Assembly: GCA_040954595.2 (NCBI GenBank)
Contig: JBECUI020000031.1
Location: forward strand, 235,417 to 299,416
Length of the DNA stretch: 64,000 nucleotides
Reading direction: 5' to 3'
Origin: Balanoglossus misakiensis
Taxonomy: Eukaryota > Animalia > Hemichordata
In this document: positions 21,501 through 31,964 of the stretch, piece by piece
Numbering within the stretch: position 1 is the first letter of the stretch
Layout of the letters: each line of letters opens with the position of its first letter
The notes under the pieces: model-generated
What the model was told of the DNA's origin: nothing
Databases searched by the model: none
What the model saw: the letters and a program-made list of their open reading frames with translations, nothing else
Program-made: the position numbers and the translations under genes

Positions 21501-22300
21501 CCGAGTTAATGATATTACCAAGGCCCTTGGGGGAAGCAAGGTAAAGACCTGGGACAATGAGCAATTTGAAACAGGATCTCTTAGTAGGGACAGGTCGCGA
21601 CCTGTCCCTACTTCGGTTGCGACCTGTCCCTACTTCGGCTTCCATTCGAAACTGCAATTATTGAGCGTTATAAACGCCAGGAGACATCCGTTGAAGAAGC
21701 CTTAGCTGAAATGTATTTAGCTGGTGTTTCAGTGCGCCGAGTTAATGATATTACCAAGGCCCTTTGGGGAAGCAAGGTAAAGACCTGGGACAATGAGCAA
21801 TTTGAAACAGGATCTCTTAGTAGGGACAGGTCGCGACCTGTCCCTACTTCGGCTTCCATTCGAAACTGCAATTATTGAGCGTTATAAACGCCGGAAAACA
21901 TCGTTGCAGAAACCTTAGTTGAAATGTATTTAGCTGGTGTTTCAGTGCGCCGAGTTAATGATATTACCAAGGCCCTTTGGGGAAGCAAGGTAAAGACCTG
22001 GGACAATGAGCAATTTGAAACAGGATCTCTTAGTAGGGACAGGTCGCGACCTGTCCCTACTTCGGTCGCGACCTGTCCCTACTTCGGCTTCCATTCGAAA
22101 CTGCAATTATTGAGCGTTATAAACGCCGGAAAACATCGTTGCAGAAACCTTAGTTGAAATGTATTTAGCTGGTGTTTCAGTGCGCCGAGTTAATGATATT
22201 ACCGAGGCCCTTGGGGGAAGCAAGGTAAAGACCTGCGACAATGAGCAATTTGAAACAGGATCTCTTAGTAGGGACAGGTCGCGACCTGTCCCTACTTCGG
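18271..22300 (+). repeat. Tandem array: 19 copies of the 28-bp palindrome GTAGGGACAGGTCGCGACCTGTCCCTAC separated by 18 near-identical ~186-bp IS256 transposase fragments
   Basis: Palindrome starts counted by hand at 18271, 18507, 18745, 18956, 19169, 19382 (collapsed), 19580, 19793, 20026, 20240, 20453, 20666, 20902, 21136, 21370, 21584, 21820, 22033, 22268; periods about 211-214 or 233-238 bp (one 198). Confidence 0.95.
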
Positions 22301-22320
22301 CAGCGACATAGTTGGATACG

Positions 22321-22467
22321 GGTAGTGTTTAAAAAATTGCGCAGATTCTAAAATGGAGTAACAGAAAAGTATTTGAATATGGACTTACTTAAAGCGATAA
22401 GGCAAGATGTACGTTAGGCTCTTTCAACATTGGAGATTTGAAAGTGCGCAAAATTCTTGGCACTACC
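22321..22467 (+). mobile_element. 147-bp IS256-derived MITE-like end module (second IRL + transposase C-terminus + IRR)
   Basis: GGTAGTGTTTAAAAAATTGCGCAGATTCTAAAA is a near-identical copy of the IRL, followed by a frameshifted WSN..KYLNMDLLKAIRQDVR* segment and the IRR. Confidence 0.75.
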
Positions 22468-22728
22468 AACTTGCAAGTCTGAGCTTGCAAAAAAGAGAGT
22501 TTTTAACTTTTTCAGTCTCATGGTTTGAAACTTTGGAAGCTCTTATAAATTTCAATCAATGATGGTTCAATACCTTGCTTAGCATGACCCAACTGCTACG
22601 CAAGTCTTTCTGCACTTTAGGCTCTATTTCTCCTGTTAAAGAATTTCCCGACCAACCCAGCTAAATTGGTCGGAAATGCTCTACATTACAACCGCCAGAG
22701 AAAAAGTAGTCTGGCGGAAGCTAGCTTT

Positions 22729-23919
22729 TTAACCAAGTAGTCTCTTAGGCTTTTTTTGGATAAGGTCAGCAAGTCTTTCTACAGGGTTCAGGAACTGTCC
22801 CAAAACCATCATGGCAGCGATAATATAAGGCTTGTAACCAGCCTCTTTGTAAAGAGGGAGCCGGTAACGAGAAAATACAGAGGCATCCACTTCGCCTTCT
22901 TTACAACTCACCCCAGTAATATCCGCCGGAAGACAGTGCAAATAGAGGGCCTTTCCATCTTTGGTTTTTTTCATCAACTCCTCGGTGCAGGCCCATTCCT
23001 TATACTCGGCATTTTGAGTTAGGAGAGTTTTTCTAAATTATGAATCCCCTCTGAATCTCCCCTGTTCATAGAGGCGGGTTCGCTCTTCCATGGCGGCAAA
23101 GGGGGGCCCAACTTTTGGGGTAGACAATGTCGGCTCCCTCAAGGCTTCAGCCATGGAGTGTGTCTTCCTATAGCTTCCTCCTGAAAGCTTTGATTTCTTT
23201 TGGGCTACCGTCTCAACATTGCCCATACATCGTAGCCAGCAGGATGAGCCAAGACTACCTCCATACCAAAGCGAGACATAAGGCCAATAAACCCTTGAGG
23301 CACCGAAAGGGGCTTGCCGTAAGAAGGAGAATAAGCCCAGGTCATGGCAACTTTCTTGCCCCTAGAGCCTCTACACTTCCATAATGATTAATCAGATGAA
23401 GAGCATCGGCCATGGTTTGGGTAGGATGATCTATGTCACATTGCAGATTGACTAAGGTGGGACGTTGCTCCAAAACCCCATCCTGGAAACCTTCATGAAC
23501 AGCAGAAGCGACCTCCCGCATATAGGTGTTTCCTTTGCCAATAAACATATCGTCTCGAATACCAATAATATCAGCCATAAAGCTGAGCATATTAGCCGTT
23601 TCCCTGACGGTTTCTCCATGAGCAACCTGGCTCTTTCCCTCGTCAAAGTCCTGCACTTCCAAACCTAGAAGATTGGCTGCACTGGCAAAGCTGAATCTGG
23701 TACGCGTAGAATTATCCCTAAACAAGCTAATGGCTAGGCCGCTATCAAAAAATTTTGGCGAGATATTCTCCACCCGAAGTTTCCTAAGGATGTCTGCCAT
23801 CAAAAAGACAGCAGCAATTTCATCATCCGTTTTTTCCCAAGTCAGAAAAAAATCTTTTGGTACATATTGCCAGTATCTAACCCAGCCAATTTATCGATCA
23901 TGCTGTTGATGTTTCTCAA
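22729..23919 (-). CDS. ygeW: Knotted carbamoyltransferase YgeW, split by several frameshifts
   Basis: FRDNSTRTRFSF, GETVRETANM, NLQCDIDHPTQTMAD, YLHCLPADITGVSC; fragments 23342-23803, 23038-23226, 22729-22977. Confidence 0.88.
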
Positions 23920-26800
23920 CGAATCTTTCTCCTCTCTAAAATTTTTCCTAAAGCTCTGAGCACATTCTCTGGAGAGAATGGCCACTTCCTGAGCCAAATC
24001 CCGCAAGCATCATGAATAGCATTGGCAATGGCTGGTGCAGCGCCATTAACGCTAATTTCTGCAATGGATTTTGCTCCAAAGGGTCCGTAAGGGTCGGGAG
24101 TTTCCACTAAAATAGCTCTAAAGACATCCGGAACGTCTCCAATCATCGGAACCCCATAACTTCCTAGGTCTTTGTTCAGACAACGTCCCTGTTTATCAAA
24201 ATCATTTCCTCGTACATGGCATGCCCAATAGATTTCAGCACCCCCCCGTAGAGCTGCCCCATGGCATATTCGGGGTTGACAGGAATACCACAGTCCTGAA
24301 GCGCAAAGTACTTCTGAACCTTGACTTTGCCCGTGCGGGTATTCACCGCAACCTGGGCAAAATGAGCACCATAGGGAAAGGAGAAATCCTCAGTAACAAA
24401 GGTCGCTGTTGCAACAAGTTGTCCGCAGCCTTCTCCACCCTGACTATGCCAGGCGAGCTTTTGAAAGCTGATTTCCCCAGTTTTTCCCTTAATTTTCCCG
24501 AGTAGACAAGGCTCAAATCTTTTTCTTCTTCCCCAAGAATTGCGGCAGCTTCCTTAAAAATCTTCTTCCGCATCTTAATGGCAGCGTTTCGAGCCGCTCC
24601 TCCGGAAAAGTAGGTACCACTGGAAGCGTAGGCCCCGGTATCAAAGGGAGCCATATCGGTGTCCCCTGACTGTATGGTAATTAGGTTGATATCTACCTGA
24701 AGCACTTCCGCCACCATTTTGGCCACCACGACATCCAGCCCCGTTCCTAAGTCAGCTCCTCCAGAATGGACTAAGAAGGTTCCATCTCCCAGCATTTTCA
24801 CTGTAGCGTTGGCCTGGTCCAGACCGGGAAGGCCAGAACCTTGCTGAACAAGGCTTAGACCCTTGCCGATTTTCACATCAGGATCATCGGATTTTTCGGG
24901 TTTTTCCCCAGTTAATCAACCTGGCCCCTTGCTCCAAGGCCGGACCCAAACCGCAACTGGCTGCCGGAGCAGGTTTTCCTTCACGACCTTCCCCAAGGCA
25001 TTTAAGGATTTCCAGCATGTCTCCCTCGTGAACTCGGTTTTGTTCCACAAGATCGTAGTGTTCCATTCCCAGTTCTTCAGCTAGTTCCTTTATTGCCACC
25101 TGTAGGGCATAGTTGGCCTTGGGGGCACCATAACCCTGGTAAGCCCCCGTAGGAGAATTGTTCCCATAGTAGGCTTTAACCGTGAAATAGGCATTGTCGC
25201 AAATGAACAGGGGAGACTTTTGGAGACTCCATTCATGGGTACGGTGAGGGCATGGGCACCGTAGGGACCTTGCAAAGACTCTACGTGCATTTCCATGGCC
25301 GTGAAGGTCCCGTCTTTCTTGGCCCCGAGTTTACTCGAATCCGCATGGGTTTACGGGAGGAACAGGAAACAAACTCTTCTTCCCGGCTGTACTGCTGGAA
25401 CACTGAACGGCCGGTCTTGTAGGCTGCCCAAGCTACCAACTCATCCAAAAGAATGTCCTGCTTGGAGCCATAGCCTCCTCCTACTCGCTCTTTGATGACC
25501 CTGACCTTGTTCTCGGGAAGTCCGAGTTGCCGGGACACGATGCGCCTGAGGTGGTAGGGCACCTGAGTGGAGGCATGAACAATCACCCGTTCTCCTTCTA
25601 ACCGAGCGTACGAGGTATGCTTTTCTAACGGTGTGCACTGAATTTGAGTGGTTTCATAGCTCCTCTCCAAGACTACGTCAGCCTGAGCAAAACCTTTTGC
25701 CGTATCTCCAATGCCTCCATCCACCGAGGCGGCAATATTCTTGCGGGGATTGCCCCCTATAGGAAATTGGTAGATTACCGGACATTCTTCAGAATCAGCC
25801 TGAGCATTGAGGGCCTCCAGATCATCAGGGGCTCCGCCATATACTTAATGGGACCTCCGTGTATGGTAGGGGCCTCATCGGCCTGTGCCTGATCCCAGGA
25901 AAGTACGGGAGGCAGGACTTCATATTCCACGGTGATAAGCCCCAGGGCTTCCAGGGCAATAGCCTCCGTTTCGGCCACCACTGCCGCTACCCGATCTCCC
26001 ACATGTCGAACCTTGTTGTCCAGCATACGCCGATCATATGGCGAGGGCTCTGGAAAGCCCTGTCCGGCCTGGGAATAGGGAAGATCCGGTACATCCTTAT
26101 GGGTAAACACAGCCACCACTCCCGGCAGGCTCATGGCCTTTTCGGTATCGATTTGAGTAATTCTGGCATGGGCATAGGGACTGCGGAGAATTTTGAGATG
26201 ACAGGCATCCGGCTCTACACGGTCTTCCACAAAGACTTTTCCCCAGAAACTAGCCTTAATGCGTCTACTTTTAAACCTTTTTTCCCCACAAAACGGTTAT
26301 CACCGCCAAATTCGGGATAATCGGGGGTCTGATAGGAAGGGTCGTGCTGGCGTCGAACGGCTAGTGTAACAGCCTCGTAGAATTGTTCGTAACCAGTAGC
26401 CCGGTTAAAAAGCCCGAAAGGGCATCTTGAACTTCCTCTCGGCTAGATGCTTCACTCGGTTGAGAAGATCCGTAATCATCAATGCCGCCGCCGGAGCATT
26501 ATAGCCCGACTGCACACAGCCAGCGTCCACCAGAGCTTGCTGCACCATGGACAAGTTCCGGCCCTGTTTCAAGGACTCTACAGTGCGGACTTCCCGGCCA
26601 TTCAGCTGGGCCGCAATGAGCAGATTAGCTCCCACAATTTTCCCATCCAAAAAAATTGTGTCTGAACCGGCAAAGCCAAAGCCATCATCGCTGTTCCGCA
26701 CTGACGGAATACCCTGCCGTTTCAAGAAGGAAACAGCGTTCTCACCTGGGGGATTTTCAACAGCTTTTGCAACTCCATTGAGGGTGAAACCTATGATCAT
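23916..26800 (-). CDS. xdhD: Fused 2Fe-2S/molybdopterin hydroxylase XdhD-like, multiple frameshifts
   Basis: VQSGYNAPAAAL, RSPYAHARI, ERVGGGYGSKQ, QGSGLPGLDQAN, PFDTGAYASSGTYFSG, GPFGAKSIAEISVNG across about 7 ORF fragments. Confidence 0.82.
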
Positions 26801-27585
26801 GATAAAGCCTCCCGACAACGACAAACGGCATCGGCAATGACCGTTCCGTTGAGATAGGATTTAAACTTGTCTGAGCCAAGAACATCACTCTTGGGAGACA
26901 AAGATTCTCGAATGCTGTTTTCTAAAGCAGCCCGATCATCCAGGAGTCCGGACACTAGACCTTCTTCTACTGAAGTAAGACGTAAAACCCGGGGCGCCGT
27001 ACAACCAGCAGCCACCACAGCATGAGTAATATCCCCGCTTTGCCCCTTAAGCGATACCGCAGCACTGACCACAGGAAGAGACATAAAGGACCGAGATTCT
27101 TTTACGGCAACAACGGCCCCAGAAATTGCAGGGATAAGAATTTCCATAATCACTTTTCTACTGGCAGTCCCATGATATTTTTCCACACTCAGAAGTTCAC
27201 CATCAGCGCTGTGAACCTTGGCTCCCAAGGCAATAAGGAGAGGGATCAAGTACGAATCGGATCGTGCTGCTCCCAGATTGCCTCCAATGGTTGCAATGTT
27301 GCGAACGCTCCGAGAAGGCAGAAAACCAGCGGCTTTTCGGAGTTCCGCAGGTACTTCGGCTGAGTCAACAATCTGCTGTATGGTCGTCATACCCCCTATA
27401 ACGAGGTTTTCATCCTTGTGCCAAAAGCCCGTGGGAACAACATTGCGTAGATCTACCAGGTTAGGTAAAACCCGTCCTGGCTGAGGGGCCAGGTTTATCT
27501 GTGTTCCACCCGCTAAACAAACAGCACCATCAGAAATCAACGAAAGTAATTCTTTAACTTCTGCTGGACAACAATAACTTTCCAC
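26797..27585 (-). CDS. ygfM: FAD-binding subunit of molybdenum hydroxylase (YgfM-like)
   Basis: LAGGTQIN, VRNIATIGGNL; coupled to xdhD. Confidence 0.75.
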   Translation of the reverse strand: MESYCCPAEVKELLSLISDGAVCLAGGTQINLAPQPGRVLPNLVDLRNVVPTGFWHKDENLVIGGMTTIQQIVDSAEVPAELRKAAGFLPSRSVRNIATIGGNLGAARSDSYLIPLLIALGAKVHSADGELLSVEKYHGTASRKVIMEILIPAISGAVVAVKESRSFMSLPVVSAAVSLKGQSGDITHAVVAAGCTAPRVLRLTSVEEGLVSGLLDDRAALENSIRESLSPKSDVLGSDKFKSYLNGTVIADAVCRCREALS

Positions 27586-27609
27586 AATTATTCTCCTTGA
27601 AAATAGAAA

Positions 27610-28969
27610 TCATATCCCAGCCTTTTTATAAAGTTCCCGCACCGAAGACCTGGCTTTTGTTACAAGCTCTTTCTCGCTTATCCCCACAAGTTCTTTCCCT
27701 TCTACCACCACACGGCCATTCACTATGGTGTAGGCCGCTCGATGGTCATAACCTGTAAAAAGAAGCGATGCAACAGGATCACTCCCCGAACCCACATAGG
27801 GAATACCCCGAACGTCAAATATGGCTAAATCGGCGCCCAACCCGGCTCTAAGCGACCTACATTCTGAAATCCCAAAAGCTTAGCTCCATTTTCAGTGGCC
27901 ATTTGCCAAACAACCTGGGCACTTAGGGCCTTTGCTCCTTTGCTAACTCTCTGGAGCAGTAGTGATTGTCGAGCTTCTCCCAGCATATCCGAGGCATCGT
28001 TAGAAGCCGATCCGTCCACCGCCAGGGCCACATTGATACCCATGTCCAACATTTCCCGGACCCGGCAAATCCCTGAACCCAGGCGCATGTTAGAACTGGG
28101 ACAATGGGCTATGTGGGTTCCCGTGGATGCCAGAAGATCTAACTCGGCATCGTTAAAATGGATGCCATGAGCAAAAGAGACATCTGGACCGATAAAGCCG
28201 CAATCTTCCATTACCTTAAGGGGACGGCGGAGATACTGTTCCACGCAGTAATCGTTTTCATCCCGGGTTTCCGCCAGATGTTGTGAAGCCTGACTCCGTA
28301 CTCCCGAGCCAAGACTGCCGATTCCCTCATCAGTTCTTCAGAAACCGAGAAGGGACTACAGGGAGCCAGAATATCTTTTTCATGGCCTGTGGCGCAGGGA
28401 TCATGGAACTTCCGAATGACTCGTTCCGAGTCCTCAATAATAAACTTTTCTTCCTGTACCACCGAATCAGGAGGAAGGCCGCCTTCTTTTTCTGAACGAC
28501 TCATAGAGCCCCGACAAGGACTGAATCGGATACCCAGGCGTTCAGCAGCGTCAAACTGCAAGGCCATAATATCTTCCTCTATCTGCTGGGGGTAAAGATA
28601 ATGGTGATCTGTGGACGTGGTACAACCTGTCTTGAGCAACTCCGCCACGGCCAACGCCGTGGACCACCAGATAGCATCGGCATCCAAATGCTTCCAGACA
28701 CGATAAAGATAAATAAGCCAATCAAAGAGTTCGGCATCCTGTACCGCCGGAAGATTCCGGGTAAAGGTTTGGTAAAAGTGATGGTGCGTGTTCACCAGGC
28801 CTGGGACCACAACATGTCCAGAGGCATCGATAAGCTTGGCTCCCTTCGGAGTGGGAAGATTTCTTCCCACCATACTGATTTGGCTACCCTCTATAAGAAC
28901 ATCGGCATTGCTAAGAGCAACTTGGTCGAAGGCTTTAAGAACAGCCTGGGCATTTTTAATATGAATCAT
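27610..28969 (-). CDS. 8-oxoguanine/hydroxyatrazine-type amidohydrolase (purine deaminase), frameshifted
   Basis: PGLVNTHHHFYQT, TTSTDHHY, AHCPSSNMRLGSG, AVDGSASND; three fragments. Confidence 0.82.
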
Positions 28970-29142
28970 CTTTTCTCTCTGAGCATGTGTCTTCACATGC
29001 CCTAAAATCTTTGTCTGGTCAAAAAGAAATCCTTCAAACAAATTAAAGAATTTCTTAGTTTTGAAATTCTTATAGACTAGCCCTTACCTGGATCTCTCCC
29101 GAACATACCAATCAGAACAATTTTCTGTCTTGTCTGGGGCTG

Positions 29143-30611
29143 CTATCCTTTTCCATAGTAGGCCACCTGGGCATTGAATTCCTCTATTAGATTATCCAAG
29201 ACAGGCCGGGCAGCATAGATATTTTCCCAATAATCACGGTCGTACCACTGAGCATTAATTTCCTCGTAAGTCTTCCCCTGCTGTTCCACCCAAGTGTAGT
29301 ACTTAAGGTTGTGAATTCTCTTTTTGTCTTCATAGCTCAATTCCAATAAAGAATCTGTTCCGATCTGCTGCGGGATTTCCCAATCGGCAATGGCTTTTTC
29401 GCCGGTATACTGTCCTCGTGCGCTGATGAGTTCCTTCAAACGGGAAATGTACATAGCCTGGGAGTCAGTAAAACAGTGAACACCAGGTCTTCTTCGGTAA
29501 GCTCATAATACTTAGCAAATTTGACGGCTGTAAGGAAATTGCATAACCCACTAATTCCCAACCAATTGAGTTTGCCTAACACCTCTTCGGAGACACCACG
29601 AGCCCGCAGAAGGTCCAATCCCGGTTTTTCGTTAAAAAGCCTTAAGAGACGTATGACATGCTCATCATCTATGGCCACCACCATGTCGCTGTCCCTGAGG
29701 TTTATGAACCCAGGGCACATGCTTGTCCCCTATACCTTCAATACGATGGGCGCCAAAGCCGTTGTTCAAAAGGGTGGGGCATTGAAGGGCTTCACTAACA
29801 GCCAGGCGAGAGCCGGGGAAGGTTTTGCGAATGTAGCTTCCAGCTCCCAGGGTACCGGCAGAACCCGACGAAAGGCATATTCCCGCCAGTCGGTCCCGCG
29901 GGCCAGAAAGCTGCCGGTAGACCTTTTCTATAGCGGGACCAGTTATTTCATGATGCCAGAGGTGGTTAGGCAGCTGGTCAAATTGATTGAAAATAAAAAT
30001 CTTACTCTGACGCTGGGACTGGAGTTCGTGGCATTTGTCAAAAATTTCCTTTACGTTGCTCTCGCTGCCCGGAGTGGCGATAACTTCATCGGCCACCTTG
30101 GCCAGCCAGTCAAAGCGTTCCTGAGACATCCCCTCCGGCAAGATGGCCACGGACTTACAACCCAATAATCGAGAAATATAGGCCCCTCCCCTGCAATAGT
30201 TCCCCGTGGAAGGCCAAACGGCCATGTTGGCCTCGGGGTTGAATTGGCCAGTCACCAAGGTGGGAGCCAGGCAGCTGTAGGCGGCTCCTACTTTGTGGGC
30301 ACCCGTGGGGAAAAATTTTCCCGATAGTCCGATGATTCGGGCCTTGACCCCTGAGATTACTGAGGGGATTTCAAGGAAATTGATTCCAGAAAAAACTCCT
30401 CCCTTGTCCTTGGGGTCGTTCTCCCAAGTAACCCGAAAAAGATTCCGGGAATGGATCTCGTCCCTGCCGATTAACTTCAACTCCTCCTTAATCTTCTGGG
30501 GTATGGACGAAGGGTTGGCCATCTGGGCATAGGTGGGAAGGATAATTCCTTGCTCAGCACAAATTTTGGCATTTTTCTCTATCTGTTTTCGTTTCGTTCT
30601 AAGTTGATCAT
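29143..30611 (-). CDS. Fold-type II PLP-dependent enzyme (cysteine-synthase-like, about 490 aa), frameshifted
   Basis: FPTGAHKVGA, WPSTGNYCRGGAY, GSAGTLGAG, HRIEGIGDKHVPW, HNLKYYTWVEQQG; start MINLE at 30611. Confidence 0.8.
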
Positions 30612-31497
30612 GAGGTCCCTTTCAACAGTTTGATGAATTCTCCCAATACATGGGTAATTAAATTGATGGTCACTGTTTTACGATACAGAGCTGTAGAACG
30701 CTGATCATCAATGGGTTGTATCAAGTTTTTATAAAGCTTTAAGATTTTTTCTGCGTCAATATCTTCAGCGCGCCGACCCTGAATAAGAGCCTCTGCCTCA
30801 TAAGATCGAAGCACCCGAGGGCCTACGGCTCCCAAGGCCAAGGTAAAGTTGTGGGCTCGATGTTCCCGGACATCTCCGACAGCGGCAAGAGAGAGTTTGG
30901 CAAGGGCGTTAGCTCGGCGGGTCCCCACCTTACGCCAATAGGAGAAGTCAGGTTCCACTGCTGGAAAAATCAGCGCTGTAAGCAATTCATCTTCCGCTAA
31001 TATGGTTTTCCCGGGGCCAGTAATAAATTCTCGATGGGGAGGCGCCGTCGACCTGAAGGACCAAGCAGTTCCACCATGCTTCTTAAGGAATAAAGAGCAG
31101 GAAGACTGTCGCCTGCTGGAGAAGCATTGACAACATTTCCTCCTATGCTGGCTCGGTTCCGTAGAGCCGGTGCCGCAATGTCTTTAGCCGACTGAACAAG
31201 AATCTTCGGTAAACGGATGTCATTTTCAGAAGAAATCTCTCCAGCGATTTCCGCAAAAGATGTTCCAGCCCCAACAACAAGGTTTTCCCCCTCCTGACGG
31301 ATTCCTTTTATCTCTTCCAGGTCATCCAAAAAGAGGATGGGTCCAGAAAGGGTGACGGGGCAGGCATTGTGCACCTGATGCTGAACCATCAGATCGGTGC
31401 CTCCAGTAAAGATTGTGGCCCGAGACTTTCCCAAATAGGCTACCGCTTCATCTAAATTCCTGGGTCGTACAAACTCCAGGGAAGTTGCCCTTATCAT
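30608..31497 (-). CDS. Xanthine dehydrogenase-family FAD-binding subunit, one frameshift near 30990
   Basis: FTGGTDLMV, LRNRASIGGNVVNASPAGD, KVGTRRANA, PIDDQRSTALYR. Confidence 0.85.
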
Positions 31498-31964
31498 AGA
31501 GCCTTCTCCTTTTCAGCGGCCCGAAGGATGCCGTCAACAATCATGTCGTAGCCGGTGCAGCGGCAGATGTTTCCGGCCAGGGCTTTCCGAATGGTTTCTT
31601 CATCGGGGTTGGGGTTCTCTCGAAGTAGGTCCCAGGCAGCCACGGTCATACCAGGGGTACAGAAACCGCATTGGACACTGTGCATCTCGGCAAAGGCCTG
31701 GACGATTATCTTTCCGCGCTCCGAGGCAGCAATACCCTCAACGGTAAGAATCTCAGCGCCATCGGCCTGGGCTACCGGAATCAGGCAACTGTTTACCAAA
31801 CGTCCGTTCATGATTACACAACAAGCGCCACACTCTCCTTCTCCGCAGCCCTCCTTTGAGCCTATGAGGCCAAGGTCTTCCCGGAGAAGATCCAGGAGCC
31901 GCTGGAGAGGTGAAACATTCTTTATTTCTCGAATCTTGGAATTTACCTTTAGAGTAATGTTCAT
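31494..31964 (-). CDS. Xanthine dehydrogenase-family 2Fe-2S subunit
   Basis: GCGEGECGAC, QCGFCTPG, GNICRCTGY. Confidence 0.93.
   Translation of the reverse strand: MNITLKVNSKIREIKNVSPLQRLLDLLREDLGLIGSKEGCGEGECGACCVIMNGRLVNSCLIPVAQADGAEILTVEGIAASERGKIIVQAFAEMHSVQCGFCTPGMTVAAWDLLRENPNPDEETIRKALAGNICRCTGYDMIVDGILRAAEKEKAL

Larger units (their letters stand above)
17950..22467 (+). mobile_element. Defective IS256-family element with 8-bp target duplication AACTTGCA, containing a tandem array
   Basis: IRL GGTAGTGTTTAAAAAATTGCACAGATT at 17950; IRR AAAGTGCGCAAAATTCTTGGCACTACC ending 22467; AACTTGCA at 17942-17949 and 22468-22475; transposase fragments. Confidence 0.9.

Noticed and set aside
18126-22157. 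Many short ORFs on both strands inside the array
   Set aside because: They are by-products of the repeated transposase fragment and the palindrome, not independent genes.
18271-22300. CRISPR array (28-bp palindromic repeats at regular spacing)
   Set aside because: The spacers are ~186 bp and near-identical transposase pieces, the repeat is a perfect loopless palindrome, and there are no cas genes. The same holds for the 63-kb array.
22729-31497. Selenocysteine readthrough or programmed frameshifting in the split genes
   Set aside because: The breaks I examined are frame changes at scattered, unrelated sites rather than in-frame TGA at Cys positions; sequencing error is simpler.
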